Below, piece by piece: positions 16,607 through 24,410 of a stretch of 32,000 nt of DNA. The first letter of the stretch is position 1. Every line of letters starts with the position of its first letter. The position numbers and the translations under genes were made by a program. The notes beneath the pieces are model-generated. The model did no database searches, had not been told where the DNA came from, and saw only the letters and a program-made list of their open reading frames with translations. The stretch is from positions 2,370,001 to 2,402,000 of the forward strand of contig NC_014972.1 of NCBI RefSeq assembly GCF_000186885.1. Direction: 5' to 3'. The stretch comes from Desulfobulbus propionicus DSM 2032. Its GTDB lineage: Bacteria > Desulfobacterota > Desulfobulbia > Desulfobulbales > Desulfobulbaceae.

Positions 16607-17847
16607 TCCTTTGCCACTTTGGCAAATTGACGAGATTGCCCCGAGCACGATAAACAAATCATGGCATATTGTTCTGCAACAACCACCCAGTCGAATTTTC
16701 CAGAAATCAATCGCCTTGCCTTCCGCCTTATCTCTTCATAATTCTCTTTACTTTTTGCTATGTGTATTATCTTTGCAGCTAAAAGACTTGTATTACCAGG
16801 TGGCACTAAAAATCCTGTTTGCCCATCTACAAGTATATCTTCAATTCCTCCAACCCTAGTGCCAATCACCAGACAGCCGCTCATCGCCGCTTCGACAAAA
16901 GTCAACCCAAAGCCTTCCGTATCTCCATTTCTCACTTGCACGGATGGACCAATAAAAAGATCGGCGGTTGCATAATAGACTGGAAGTTGATCATTCGATA
17001 TCCCCCCTGCGAACAGGACAACTTTGTCAAATCCAAGTTGTCGCACCTGATTTCGCAATTCATGCTCCAACTCTCCATGACCGACTATCAGTAACTTGGC
17101 GTCCGGAAAATCATTGATGACCTTAGGCATGGCATCAATCAGGTAGCGTACCCCCTTTTTCTCGGTCAGACGGCCAACAAAGAGCAGAAACGGACCATGA
17201 ATGCCATACCGTTCCCTGATGGCTTCATTCTTTTTATTCGGGGAAAAGAGCGACGCATCCACTCCCATGGGGATAATGTCCGGTTTTTGATGACTCTGGG
17301 TATCGGCACAAAGTATTCGTGCCAGCGCTGAACTGACCGTTATTACCCTGTCGGCATTGTTCACTATCCATTTTTTGGCAGCTATAACCGCAGGCGTTCG
17401 CAAGCCAAACACATCGGCACCGTGCGCCGTTATGATAACCGGAACCTTGAAAAGCTTTTTAATTACCACTGCCCAAAAGCCCTGCGGGACCAACCAATGG
17501 GCGTGAATTACGTCAGGCCGGATCTTTGCGACAAGCAGAAGCAGTGAAAAAAACTGGGCGACAAGAAAAAAAGGAAGAAGCAGGTGATACAGTTTGTTCC
17601 GTCGTAATTTTGGAACGATTCCTTGCCCACCGGCTAAACGTTCGCATGAGGCGAAAAAATAGCGAAAACGATGGATGTGCATTCCGCATATCCGCTCCTC
17701 TCTCAAGGCACCAGGGTAATGCGGTGTATGCACAGTGACATCAAATGTCTCGACCAGCCGTCTTGACAATTCATAGACAAACGGTGGGTCGGTATCATTT
17801 TGCCAGCGGGGGAAGGTAGAAGTGACAACGAGTAGTTTTGGCTTCAT
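16603..17847 (-). CDS. Glycosyltransferase family 4 (GT-B fold)
   Basis: MKPKLLVVTSTFPRW... at the N-terminus and ...GDTEGFGLTFVEAAMSGCLVIGTRVGGIEDILVDGQTGFLVPPGN further on fit GT4. The ATG at 17847 lies 4 nt after the upstream GT2 stop, suggesting coupling. The track start at 17868 would overlap that gene by 17 nt and remains an alternative. Confidence 0.8.
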   Translation of the reverse strand: MKPKLLVVTSTFPRWQNDTDPPFVYELSRRLVETFDVTVHTPHYPGALREERICGMHIHRFRYFFASCERLAGGQGIVPKLRRNKLYHLLLPFFLVAQFFSLLLLVAKIRPDVIHAHWLVPQGFWAVVIKKLFKVPVIITAHGADVFGLRTPAVIAAKKWIVNNADRVITVSSALARILCADTQSHQKPDIIPMGVDASLFSPNKKNEAIRERYGIHGPFLLFVGRLTEKKGVRYLIDAMPKVINDFPDAKLLIVGHGELEHELRNQVRQLGFDKVVLFAGGISNDQLPVYYATADLFIGPSVQVRNGDTEGFGLTFVEAAMSGCLVIGTRVGGIEDILVDGQTGFLVPPGNTSLLAAKIIHIAKSKENYEEIRRKARRLISGKFDWVVVAEQYAMICLSCSGQSRQFAKVAKD

Positions 17848-17851
17848 CACC

Positions 17852-18862
17852 CTATTCAATTCGATCATACCGCATCTGATTGATCTGCTCAGCCACCAAG
17901 CCGATCATGAAGATGATAATGGCGCTGTTGAACAGCAGGGCCGACATGTTGGTAAAGCGGCCATGGGCAAAAAAGGTATAGCCATAGTAGCAGAGCCCGG
18001 TGGCAAAGAAACCAAGGCTGATCGGCAGGAACACCCGAAATGGTGAAAAAAGGGTGGCGATCTTGGTGATGATGAGGAAAAAACGGGTGCCGTCCCGGAG
18101 CAGTTTGATTTTGCTCTTGCCTGTCCGCGCTTTGGTCTGAATGGGGATGTATTTGACGCTGCGGCCGCTGCGGAGGTAGCCCAAAGTCAGGGTGGAGGGA
18201 TAGGAGAAGGTGTTGGGCAACAGATAGATGAACTGTTTGACCACGGAAAGGCGCACCAGGCGAAAACCCGAGGTCAAATCTTCGATCTTGAACTTGGTAA
18301 CATAAGAAGCAAATCTGTTGTACACCCAATTGGCCAGGTCGCGATGGGCCTTGGTTTCCGACTGCCTGGTCCGCGCGCCGACCACCATGTCGAAACGGTC
18401 TTTATATTCCAGCAGACGGGCAATGTCCTCCGGCCGATGTTGACCATCGGCATCCATCATCACCACCCACTCGCCCTGGGCACAGCGGAGGCCGGTCTTG
18501 ATGGCCGCGCCGTTGCCGATATTGTAGGGATGAGGCCACACATGAGCCCCAGCCGCCATGGCCTCCTGCAGGGTACTGTCGGTTGAGCCGTCGTCCACCA
18601 CCAAGATTTCGTATTCAGGGTACAGGGCGCGAATCCGTTCAATGGTGTCGCCGATGACGCCTGCTTCATTGTAGGCAGGCAGCAGGATGGACACCTCGTA
18701 TTTTTTTTTCTGCTCCACAACCGTGCTCCACAGCAAGTATTCCCGTTCGCTGGCCGGTTGTCCCGTGCGGCATGTCCTTTCAACCGCAGCGAGGTCCGCC
18801 AGCAACCATGTCCTAAAAAGTAGACCAGAAATCGCAATAAAAGCAAAGAGATTCGTTGACAA
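17852..18862 (-). CDS. GT2 polyprenyl-phosphate glycosyltransferase (DPM1/Ppm1/GtrB/ArnC-like)
   Basis: The protein has an N-terminal TM helix. The GT-A core reads VSILLPAYNEAGVIGDTIERI..YEILVVDDGSTDST...VVMMDADGQHRPEDI (DxD/DAD). Two C-terminal TM helices follow (FFLIITKIATLFSPFRVFLPISLGFFATGL.. and ALLFNSAIIIFMIGLV), giving the architecture typical of lipid-phosphate sugar synthases. Confidence 0.78.
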   Translation of the reverse strand: MSTNLFAFIAISGLLFRTWLLADLAAVERTCRTGQPASEREYLLWSTVVEQKKKYEVSILLPAYNEAGVIGDTIERIRALYPEYEILVVDDGSTDSTLQEAMAAGAHVWPHPYNIGNGAAIKTGLRCAQGEWVVMMDADGQHRPEDIARLLEYKDRFDMVVGARTRQSETKAHRDLANWVYNRFASYVTKFKIEDLTSGFRLVRLSVVKQFIYLLPNTFSYPSTLTLGYLRSGRSVKYIPIQTKARTGKSKIKLLRDGTRFFLIITKIATLFSPFRVFLPISLGFFATGLCYYGYTFFAHGRFTNMSALLFNSAIIIFMIGLVAEQINQMRYDRIE

Positions 18863-19198
18863 GGCCCAGGAAAAGCCTCCAGGTGCCGCGGACTGCTTTG
18901 CCGCCCCCCTCGGCCTTTGTGCTGATCAGGCCTCTTATCGAGCGAGCCGAATGTTTCCCCTCACCTGCCAGAGCCACACGAGCCAAAAACACCAAATGGG
19001 ACATTTTGACTCGGTTCTTTTTTTAACTGTTTCATTTTAACCCGGAACTCGCCACACTGGTTATTTTCGGTCGTTTTTGGGATGTTCATCGCCCAAATAC
19101 CGCCTCAACATCTTCTCTCAACGCCACCAATGGGGCATTTCGGCGGATCAGCACCGGCCACCAAAACACAACATACTGAATTAACGATATTTACCAGA

Positions 19199-19214
19199 TG
19201 GCACATTCTTTGCT
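19199..19214 (+). promoter_or_regulatory. Sigma-54 (-24/-12) promoter upstream of the alcohol dehydrogenase gene
   Basis: TGGCACATTCTTTGCT is TGGCAC-N5-TTGCT, an exact match to the conserved GG/GC elements and their spacing. It lies about 94 nt upstream of the ATG at 19308. Confidence 0.75.
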
Positions 19215-19307
19215 ATAGAAGGGTACGCGTTTCATTGGTACCAAAGAGAGGCAGGAATTTTAGGTAGGACGAGAGGAACCCTAACACTACAAAAGGATGG
19301 TTTCATT

Positions 19308-20489
19308 ATGGCAGTTCGTGAACAAGTCTACGGTTATTTCATTCCCTCTGTAACCCTGATCGGCATTGGCGCCGCCAAGCAGATCCCGGACAAAATCAAG
19401 GCCCTCGGCGGTTCCAAGCCGTTGATCGTCACCGACAAGGGCATCACCGGTGCCGGCATCACCAAACAGATCACCGACCTGCTGGAAGCCGCGGGCATGG
19501 CCTACGTGGTCTATGACGAAACGATCCCCAATCCCACCGACAAGAACGTGCATGACGGCGTCGACATCTACAAGAAAGAGAACTGCGACTCCCTGATCAC
19601 CCTCGGCGGCGGTTCTTCCCATGACTGCGGCAAGGGCGTTGGCCTGGTGGTCGCCAACGGCGGCAAGATCCATGACTACGAGGGCGTGGACAAATCCTCC
19701 AAGCCCATGCCCCCCTACCTGGCGGTCAACACCACCGCCGGCACCGCCTCGGAGATGACCCGCTTCTGCATCATCACCGACACCTCCCGTCACGTGAAGA
19801 TGGCCATCGTTGACTGGCGCGTCACCCCCGGCATCGCCGTCGACGATCCGATGCTCATGGTTGGCATGCCGCCGGCACTGACCGCCGCCACCGGCATGGA
19901 CGCCCTCACCCACGCGGTCGAGGCCTATGTGTCCACCATCGCCACCCCGATGACCGACTCCGCCGCCGAGAAGGCCATCGAGCTGATCGCCAAGTACCTG
20001 CGTCCGGCCGTGGCCAATGGCCAGGACATCGAAGCCCGCGAAGGCATGTGTTTTGCCCAGTATCTGGCCGGCATGGCCTTCAACAACGCCAGCCTGGGTC
20101 ACGTCCATGCCATGGCCCATCAGCTGGGCGGTTTCTATGACTTGCCGCACGGCGAGTGCAACGCCATTCTCCTGCCCCATGTGGAGAAGTTCAACCTAAT
20201 CGCCAAGATGGACCGCTTTGTCAAGATCGCCGAGCTGATGGGCGAGAACACCGCTGGTCTGGCCCCGCGCGACGCCGCCGAGCTGGCCCTGGTGGCTATC
20301 CGCAAGCTGTCCGCCGACATCGGCATCCCGGCTGGCCTGATCGAGCTGGGCAAGAAGTATGGCAAGGAAGTCAAGGCCTCCGACATCGACACCATGGTGG
20401 CCAATGCCCAGAAGGATGCCTGCGGTCTGACCAACCCGCGCTGCCCGAAAGACGCCGACGTCAAGGCGATCTACACCGCCGCGCTGTAA
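19308..20489 (+). CDS. Iron-containing (group III) alcohol dehydrogenase
   Basis: 393 aa. It has LITLGGGSSHDCGKG (GGGSxxD) and the metal-binding His cluster HAMAHQLGGFYDLPHGECNA. AAAGGA lies upstream of the ATG. Substrate cannot be read from sequence (ethanol, propanediol or butanol type). Confidence 0.9.
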   Translation: MAVREQVYGYFIPSVTLIGIGAAKQIPDKIKALGGSKPLIVTDKGITGAGITKQITDLLEAAGMAYVVYDETIPNPTDKNVHDGVDIYKKENCDSLITLGGGSSHDCGKGVGLVVANGGKIHDYEGVDKSSKPMPPYLAVNTTAGTASEMTRFCIITDTSRHVKMAIVDWRVTPGIAVDDPMLMVGMPPALTAATGMDALTHAVEAYVSTIATPMTDSAAEKAIELIAKYLRPAVANGQDIEAREGMCFAQYLAGMAFNNASLGHVHAMAHQLGGFYDLPHGECNAILLPHVEKFNLIAKMDRFVKIAELMGENTAGLAPRDAAELALVAIRKLSADIGIPAGLIELGKKYGKEVKASDIDTMVANAQKDACGLTNPRCPKDADVKAIYTAAL

Positions 20490-20499
20490 GACAAACAAG

Positions 20500-20529
20500 A
20501 TGGTTCCCGTGCTCCCGCGCGGGAACCAT
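20500..20529 (+). terminator. Hairpin 10 nt after the adh stop (weak terminator candidate with no U tract)
   Basis: ATGGTTCCCG (20500-20509) pairs with CGGGAACCAT (20520-20529) around a 10-nt loop. The following sequence, cgaccgctttc, is not U-rich. Confidence 0.35.
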
Positions 20530-20544
20530 CGACCGCTTTCACAA

Positions 20545-20691
20545 ACTCCGGTGGAGCCTGCCCCTGTTTTCCCTGACTTGGCCTGTGCGGGCTTCACCGG
20601 CATTCTTCACCCAAGTTACGCTGTGGTTGGCGTTGCGGGGCGCGGTTTCGCGTCCCGCGTTTCACGTTTCCACCGGAAAGGAGGCGCAGGG
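20545..20691 (+). ncRNA. Structured leader RNA, a candidate Moco/Tuco (molybdenum/tungsten cofactor) riboswitch aptamer
   Basis: The closing helix pairs CCGGUGG (20548-20554) with CCACCGG (20670-20676) and is immediately followed by AAAGGAGG. Internal helices pair 20575-20581 with 20611-20617 and 20635-20644 with 20649-20658 (10 bp, GUUU loop). The 5' ACUCCG..GAGCCUGC and 3' CCGGAAAGGAGG strings resemble my memory of the conserved Moco-motif cores. The element sits upstream of a tungstopterin enzyme gene. It has not been verified with a covariance model. Confidence 0.45.
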
Positions 20692-20718
20692 CCTTTACTC
20701 CTTGTGACCCTGCGCCTC
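20681..20718 (+). terminator. Perfect 11-bp hairpin overlapping the 3' strand of the candidate aptamer (possible expression platform or attenuator)
   Basis: GAGGCGCAGGG (20681-20691) pairs with CCCTGCGCCTC (20708-20718) around a 16-nt loop. No U tract follows (tgatcc). Confidence 0.4.
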
Positions 20719-20905
20719 TGATCCAATACCAACCAGAAGCAACCGATTCGTACAAGTATTGACAAGGACAGGAAATTGAGCTAGCTTTTCCGACAACCTA
20801 TTGAAGTTTTGCGTTTTTTTTGCATCACGGCCTCACCGTCGATCGTAACGGGTACGGGTTCCCGCAGGAGCCCGGTTATTCTCTTTTTTGCATAGGAGTC
20901 ATCGC

Positions 20906-22636
20906 ATGGCTGATAAAATTTTTCGTGTCAATATGTCGGACCTGAGCACCAAGGTCGAAGCCGTACCCGAGGCATGGATGGGCCTGGGCGGTCGCGGTCT
21001 GACCTCGACCATCGTCGCCGCCGAAGTCAACCCCACCTGTCACCCGCTGGGCAAAAACAACAAGCTGGTTTTTGCTCCGGGCCTGCTGTCCGGTACCCCG
21101 GCCGCCAACTCCGGCCGTCTGTCTTGTGGCGCCAAAAGCCCGTTGACCGGCACCATCAAGGAAGCCAACGCCGGCGGCACCTCGGCGCAGATGCTGGCCA
21201 AGCTCGGCGTCAAGGCCCTGATCATCGAAGGCAAGCCCGCCGATGACTCCAAATGGTACAGCCTGCACGTCAATGCGGACGGGGTGACCATCAAGGAAGA
21301 GACCGAAGTGATCGGCTTGGGCAACTTTGCCGTGGTCCAGACCCTCAACAATCGCCTGGGTGACAAGGTCGGCGTGATCACCATCGGTCCGGCCGGCGAA
21401 ATGAAGATGCTCGGCGCCAACATTTCGATCAAGGATCCGGACAGCCACATGCGCTCCAACGGCCGTGGCGGTCTGGGCGCGGTCATGGGGTCCAAGAAGG
21501 TCAAATTCATCTCTGTCGAGCCCACCGATCAGAAGGTGGCCATCGCCGACCCCGAAGCCTTCAAGGCGGCCAACCGCACCTTTGCCAAGGCCCTGGTCGA
21601 CAACCCCATCAGCAAGGCCCTGGCCCAGTACGGCACCAACGTCCTGGTCAACATCATCAACGAGTCCGGCGGGCTGCCCACCCAGAATTTCACCCGTGGC
21701 CAGTTCGAGGGCCACGAGGCGGTGTCCGGCGAGACCATGTACGACACCATCGTCGCCCGTGGCGGCAAGCCGAAACACAACTGCCATCCCGGCTGCGTCA
21801 TCCAGTGCTCCCAGATCTACGCCGACGCCAAGGGCCAGTACAAGACCTCTGGTTTCGAGTACGAGACCATCTGGGCCCTGGGTGCCGACTGCTGCATCGA
21901 CAACCTCGACTACGTGGCCGAGGCCGACAATCTGATGGACGACATCGGGCTCGATTCGATCGAGATTCCGGTGGCCTTCGGCGTGGCCATGGAGGCCGGA
22001 GTGCTCAAATTCGGCGACGGTGCCGAGTTGTGCCGCATCCTCAAGGAAGAAGTGGCCAAGGGCACGCCGCTGGGCCGGATCATCGGCAACGGCGCGGGCT
22101 CGGTGGGCAAGGCCTTTGGCGTTACCCGCGTGCCGGTGGTCAAGAACCAGGCCATCCCAGCCTATGACCCCCGCGCCATCAAGGGCATCGGCATCACCTA
22201 CGCCACCTCCACCCAGGGCGCGGATCACACCATGGGCTACACCATCGCCACCAACATTCTTGGCGTGGGCGGCAAGGTCGACCCGCTGAGCAAGGAAGGC
22301 CAGGTGGAACTGTCGCGCAACCTGCAGATCGCCACCGCGGCCATCGACTCCACCGGCATGTGTCTGTTCATCGCCTTCGCGGCGCTCGACGACGCCACCT
22401 GTCTGCCGGCCCTGATCGACATGATCAACGCCCGCTTCGGCATCAAGCTGACCGCGGCCGATGTCACCAACCTCGGCATGACCATCCTCAAGACCGAGCG
22501 TGCCTTCAATCTGGCCGCCGGCTTCACCAACAAGGATGACCGGCTGCCCGAGTTCTTCTCCGAGGAACCGATCGCGCCGCACAACGTGGTCTGGGATATC
22601 ACCGACGAAGCCATCGACTCGTTCTGGAACTTCTGA
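20906..22636 (+). CDS. aor: Aldehyde:ferredoxin oxidoreductase (tungsten-pterin AOR family)
   Basis: The N-terminus MADKIFRVNMSDLSTKVEAVPEAWMGLGGRGLTSTIV..NKLVFAPGLLSGT..SGRLSCGAKSPLTG is AFOR_N-like. Fe-S ligand regions NCHPGCVIQC and IDSTGMCLF are present. AGGAG lies 7 nt upstream of the ATG at 20906, whereas the track start at 20888 has no SD. Confidence 0.93.
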   Translation: MADKIFRVNMSDLSTKVEAVPEAWMGLGGRGLTSTIVAAEVNPTCHPLGKNNKLVFAPGLLSGTPAANSGRLSCGAKSPLTGTIKEANAGGTSAQMLAKLGVKALIIEGKPADDSKWYSLHVNADGVTIKEETEVIGLGNFAVVQTLNNRLGDKVGVITIGPAGEMKMLGANISIKDPDSHMRSNGRGGLGAVMGSKKVKFISVEPTDQKVAIADPEAFKAANRTFAKALVDNPISKALAQYGTNVLVNIINESGGLPTQNFTRGQFEGHEAVSGETMYDTIVARGGKPKHNCHPGCVIQCSQIYADAKGQYKTSGFEYETIWALGADCCIDNLDYVAEADNLMDDIGLDSIEIPVAFGVAMEAGVLKFGDGAELCRILKEEVAKGTPLGRIIGNGAGSVGKAFGVTRVPVVKNQAIPAYDPRAIKGIGITYATSTQGADHTMGYTIATNILGVGGKVDPLSKEGQVELSRNLQIATAAIDSTGMCLFIAFAALDDATCLPALIDMINARFGIKLTAADVTNLGMTILKTERAFNLAAGFTNKDDRLPEFFSEEPIAPHNVVWDITDEAIDSFWNF

Positions 22637-22729
22637 TCGAGACGCGGCCATCACCGCCAGGGGCATTCCGTCATTCGGCGGAATGCCCCGCCTCCAACGT
22701 GCAACCACAACCCAAACCCGGAATCGCTC

Positions 22730-22954
22730 ATGCAGCTCACGGTCAAACTGTTCGCCTATTTTCGGGACAATCGTTTCAAGCAGCAACGCATGGAATTCGC
22801 CGAGGGCACCACGGTCGAGGACATCATCCGTTTCCTTGACCTGCCGCTTGACGAGGTTGGGGTGACCATGATCAATTCGCGCCACTGCGAACTGCACCAG
22901 ATACCGGCCGAGGGCGATCAGCTGGCCATTTTTCCGGCGATTGGCGGCGGGTGA
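22730..22954 (+). CDS. moaD: MoaD/ThiS-family sulfur-carrier protein (ubiquitin-like, C-terminal GG)
   Basis: 74 aa reading MQLTVKLFAYFRD......GDQLAIFPAIGGG-stop. The size, beta-grasp pattern and terminal Gly-Gly fit the family, and it lies directly downstream of aor. Confidence 0.8.
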   Translation: MQLTVKLFAYFRDNRFKQQRMEFAEGTTVEDIIRFLDLPLDEVGVTMINSRHCELHQIPAEGDQLAIFPAIGGG

Positions 22955-22975
22955 TTCCGCCGCCGGTGTTTTTCT
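22943..22975 (+). terminator. Rho-independent terminator overlapping the moaD stop codon
   Basis: GGCGGCGG (22943-22950) pairs with CCGCCGCC (22957-22964) around the loop GTGATT, followed by GGTGTTTTTCT. Confidence 0.6.
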
Positions 22976-23143
22976 CCGCCCTCTCTCACGAAGGCAAATT
23001 TCCCCCACCCCTTCGTTGCGTTCGTGCTATATTATCGCGTGTGGACGGGCCGGGCATCCCGGCGGCCGTCGAAGATACCGGTTGATTCCGGTTCACGCTT
23101 TCTGGCTCCATTCCATGACGGAGCATTTCCCAGGCAAAACAAC

Positions 23144-24382
23144 ATGAACGATTTCTTCAAACTGATCAGCCCCACTGATTTTGTCGCCCTGTTTGCCGAT
23201 TTCGCCCCGCTTGCGGACGAAATCGTGCCGCTCGGCGCGGCGCGGGGCAGAGTCGTCGCCAAACCGCTGACCAGCAACGAAGCACTGCCGCCCTTTTCCC
23301 GCTCGACCATGGATGGCTACGCCGTCCGGGCGGCCGATACCTTTGGCTGTTCCGAATCCGAGACCGCGCTGTTGACGGTGATCGGCGAAATCGCCATGGG
23401 CGCCTCGGGTCAGGCCTTCAGTCTCCGCCCCGGCCAGGCCGTGCGCATCTGGACCGGCGGCGAGCTGCCGCTGAAAGCCGATGCCGTGGTCATGGTCGAA
23501 TACACCCAGCCCTTCGACGAGCAGACCGTGGCCGTGTTCCGGCCGGTTGCCCCGGGCGAGAACATCATCCGCGCCGGCGAGGATTATGCTCCCGGCAGCA
23601 TTGTCCTGGAACCGGGCAGCCGCTTGCGGCCCCAGGATCTGGGGGTGCTTTCCGGTCTGGGCATCACCTCGGTCCCGGTCTATCGCCAACCACGAGTGGC
23701 CATCCTTTCCACCGGTGATGAACTGGTACCGGCCGAGCAGACACCGCCGCCGGGCAAGATTCGCGACATCAATTCCACTTCCCTGGCGGCCCTGGTCGAG
23801 GAGGCAGGCGGCAGGCCCCTACTCCACGGCATCTGCTCCGACGATTTCGACCGCATGCTGGCCGTCTGCACCGAGGCCTTGGCCGAAGCCGATGTCCTGT
23901 TGCTCTCCGGCGGCAGCTCGGTGGGTCAGCGCGACTTCACCAAGCGGGTCTTTGCCGCCATGCCCGACAGCGAGCTGCTGGTGCATGGGGTTTCGGTCCG
24001 TCCGGGCAAGCCGACCATCCTCGCCCGTCAGGGCAACAAGGCGCTGTTCGGTCTGCCCGGCCATGTCGCCTCGGCCCTGGTGATCTTCACCTGTTTTGTC
24101 CGCCCGCTGCTCAGGCAATACAGCGGGTTGGGCGCCACCCTCGGGCTGCGCACGATCCGGGCGATCACCGCCGAACAGATTCCCTCGACCATTGGCCGCG
24201 AAGACTACGTCCGGGTACGCTTAACCGCCCGCGAAGAAGGGCAATCCCCCCTGGCGACACCGGTCTACGGCAAGTCGGGACTGCTCAGCCCGCTGGTCCG
24301 GGCCGACGGTCTCTTGCCCATCGGCCGCGATGTCGAGGGCCTGGATCGGGGGGTCGAATGCCCGGTGCTGCTGTTTCCCTAA
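23144..24382 (+). CDS. moeA: Molybdopterin molybdenum/tungsten-transferase MoeA
   Basis: The sequence fits the MoeA_N + MoCF_biosynth + MoeA_C order: ..PPFSRSTMDGYAVRAADT.., ..VAILSTGDELV.., ..DVLLLSGGSSVGQRDF.., ..VSVRPGKPT... I prefer the start at ATG 23144 (MNDFFKL). The extended track start at 23024 lies in a promoter-like region. Confidence 0.88.
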   Translation: MNDFFKLISPTDFVALFADFAPLADEIVPLGAARGRVVAKPLTSNEALPPFSRSTMDGYAVRAADTFGCSESETALLTVIGEIAMGASGQAFSLRPGQAVRIWTGGELPLKADAVVMVEYTQPFDEQTVAVFRPVAPGENIIRAGEDYAPGSIVLEPGSRLRPQDLGVLSGLGITSVPVYRQPRVAILSTGDELVPAEQTPPPGKIRDINSTSLAALVEEAGGRPLLHGICSDDFDRMLAVCTEALAEADVLLLSGGSSVGQRDFTKRVFAAMPDSELLVHGVSVRPGKPTILARQGNKALFGLPGHVASALVIFTCFVRPLLRQYSGLGATLGLRTIRAITAEQIPSTIGREDYVRVRLTAREEGQSPLATPVYGKSGLLSPLVRADGLLPIGRDVEGLDRGVECPVLLFP

Positions 24383-24410
24383 TCCCCATTTGTTGAATTG
24401 GACGAATCCC

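Noticed and set aside
7470-18862. Treating the low-GC island as a mobile element, prophage or integrative element
   Set aside because: I saw no integrase, transposase, tRNA target, terminal inverted repeats or flanking direct repeats by eye. The content is entirely glycan biosynthesis, so recombinational locus replacement is a better description than a discrete mobile element.
20759-20787. A sigma-70-like promoter, TTGACA-N17-TAGCTT, between the structured RNA and aor
   Set aside because: The -35 box is perfect but the -10 box is poor. If real, it would uncouple the candidate riboswitch from aor. I record it as a caveat rather than a feature because I cannot support it further. The extended -10-like TGCTATATT at 23025-23033 upstream of moeA was likewise left uncalled.
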